Origin: Octopus vulgaris
Lineage: Eukaryota
DNA length: 64,000 nucleotides
Direction: 5' to 3'
NCBI GenBank assembly: GCA_951406725.2
Contig: OX597834.1
Location: 23,002,001-23,066,000 of the forward strand
The translations under genes were made by a program, and so were the position numbers. Every line of letters begins with the position of its first letter. Position 1 is the first letter of the stretch. Below the pieces are notes generated by a model, which ran no database searches, was not told the origin of the DNA, and saw only the letters and a program-made list of their open reading frames with translations. This document shows, piece by piece, positions 62,578 to 64,000 of the stretch.

Positions 62578-63645
62578 ATGGAAACTGAATTCTGTGAGGA
62601 CAAAGTTCAAAAGAAAGAGAATGGAAGGCCATTGCATAAATGTGATATTTGTAAAAAGTCATTCTCTCAGAAAAGCAACCTAACTACTCACAAACGCATT
62701 CATTCAGGGGAGAGACCATATCATTGTGATATCTGTGGTAAATCATTTAACAGAAATGATGTTTTAACTTCTCACAAATTCATTCATACAGGAGAGAAAC
62801 CGTTTTACTGTGATATCTGTGGTAAATCATTCTCTCGAAGTGATACTTTAGCTTCTCACAAAGTCGTTCATACAGGAGAGAAAGCATATTCCTGTGATAT
62901 CTGTGGTAAATTGTTCTCTCAGAATGGTAGTTTAACTGCACACAGACGTATTCATACAGGAGAAAAACCATTTCATTGTGATATCTGTGGTAAAGCATTC
63001 TCTCAAAGTAGCAGCTTAACTGCACACAGACGTATTCATACAGGAGAAAAACCATATCATTGTGATATCTGTGGTAAATCATTCTCTCAAAATGAGAGTT
63101 TAACTACTCACAATCGTATTCATATGGGAGAGAAGCCATATCAGTGTGATATCTGTGGTAAATCATTTTCACGTTGCACAACCCTAACTGTACACAAACG
63201 GCTTCATACTGGAGAAAAACCATATTACTGTGATATCTGTGGTAAATCATTCTCTGAAAATGGTCACCTAAGTAATCATAAACGTATTCATACAGGAGAG
63301 AAGCCATATCACTGTGATATTTGTGGTAAATCTTTCTCTCAGAATGGTGACTTAACTAAACATGTACGTATTCATACTGGAGAGAAACCATATCAATGTG
63401 ATATTTGTGGTAAATCATTCTCTAAAAATGGTAACCTAACTTCTCATAAACGTATTCATACTGGGGAAAAACCATATCACTGTGATATCTGTGGTAAATC
63501 ATTCTCTGGAAATAGTACCTTGATTACTCACAAACGTACACATACAGGAGAGAAACCATATCACTGTGATATTTGTGGTAAGTCATTCTCTGAAAGTGGT
63601 ACCTTATTTACTCATAAACATATTCATACAAGAGAAAAGAAATAG
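62578..63645 (+). CDS. C2H2 zinc-finger protein I (12 fingers)
   Basis: ATG-initiated 355-aa ORF of TGEKP-linked fingers ending at TAG. Confidence 0.93.
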   Translation: METEFCEDKVQKKENGRPLHKCDICKKSFSQKSNLTTHKRIHSGERPYHCDICGKSFNRNDVLTSHKFIHTGEKPFYCDICGKSFSRSDTLASHKVVHTGEKAYSCDICGKLFSQNGSLTAHRRIHTGEKPFHCDICGKAFSQSSSLTAHRRIHTGEKPYHCDICGKSFSQNESLTTHNRIHMGEKPYQCDICGKSFSRCTTLTVHKRLHTGEKPYYCDICGKSFSENGHLSNHKRIHTGEKPYHCDICGKSFSQNGDLTKHVRIHTGEKPYQCDICGKSFSKNGNLTSHKRIHTGEKPYHCDICGKSFSGNSTLITHKRTHTGEKPYHCDICGKSFSESGTLFTHKHIHTREKK

Positions 63646-64000
63646 CACTGTGAGATCTGCAGTGAATCATTCTCTGAAATTGGTGCCCTATCAAAGCACA
63701 AATGTAGAAGCAGTGGTGCTATCTTTCTGTGGTTTCTATAGCAAATGTCTAAAAAAAGGTTGCCTTAAATGTACACAGGTGTATTCATACAGGTGAGAAA
63801 CCATTTTCATTGATTTTTATAGTAATTCTCTTAACTAAACATTTACATATTCATACACAGATCAAATTGGAGCCTGGTGCAGCCACTGGCTCTCCAGACC
63901 TCAGTCAAACCGTCCAGTCCATCCCAGCATGAAAAACAGATGTTAAACAAATCACCCCAACTCCTGCTCCCTTGTTATTTCCTCTGTGAGGCTCAGCATC

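Noticed and set aside
5074-63307. Antisense and alternate-frame ORFs such as [16 protein letters not shown]
   Set aside because: Shadow frames of the 84-bp zinc-finger repeat with no independent evidence.
63643-63645. A-to-I editing of ZNF-I UAG to Trp as a read-through switch
   Set aside because: The next finger lacks its second His and the frame closes soon after; nothing in the sequence supports it.
4772-63645. 84-bp periodic repeats as a CRISPR-like array
   Set aside because: They are coding C2H2 finger units in eukaryotic DNA; no cas genes.

Overview
AT-rich eukaryotic (animal) genomic DNA, most consistent with a coleoid cephalopod (octopus-like) C2H2 zinc-finger gene cluster; the taxon is inferred from KRAB-less tandem C2H2 genes, RTE LINEs with (GAT)n-tailed companions and tRNA-SINEs. 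Nine single-coding-exon C2H2-ZNF units (here A-I, 8-17 intact fingers) share one architecture: a conserved upstream module ending in AT|GTAAGT (putative non-coding exon 1), an intron, then a TTTCAG acceptor and one exon with a long 5'UTR plus the whole CDS. Six units form three head-to-head pairs (B/C, E/F, G/H). A further exon-1 module points to a tenth gene left of the window. Notable points: (1) a full-length Tigger/pogo transposase ORF between E and F has lost two of three catalytic Asp and has only decayed TIRs, a candidate domesticated gene; (2) ZNF D has no first exon of its own, and ZNF C's 3'UTR stops short of the poly(A) signal D keeps, suggesting alternative coding exons on a shared promoter; (3) a conserved 4-codon uORF; (4) recurrent loss of terminal fingers, leaving fossil fingers in 3'UTRs; (5) a minimal hammerhead ribozyme in a Penelope-like element. 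The rest is decayed TEs (RTE, CRE-like, HERO/NeSL-like, CR1/L2, Penelope, Merlin, mariner, MITEs, SINEs). All splice and transcript models are predictions from sequence alone.
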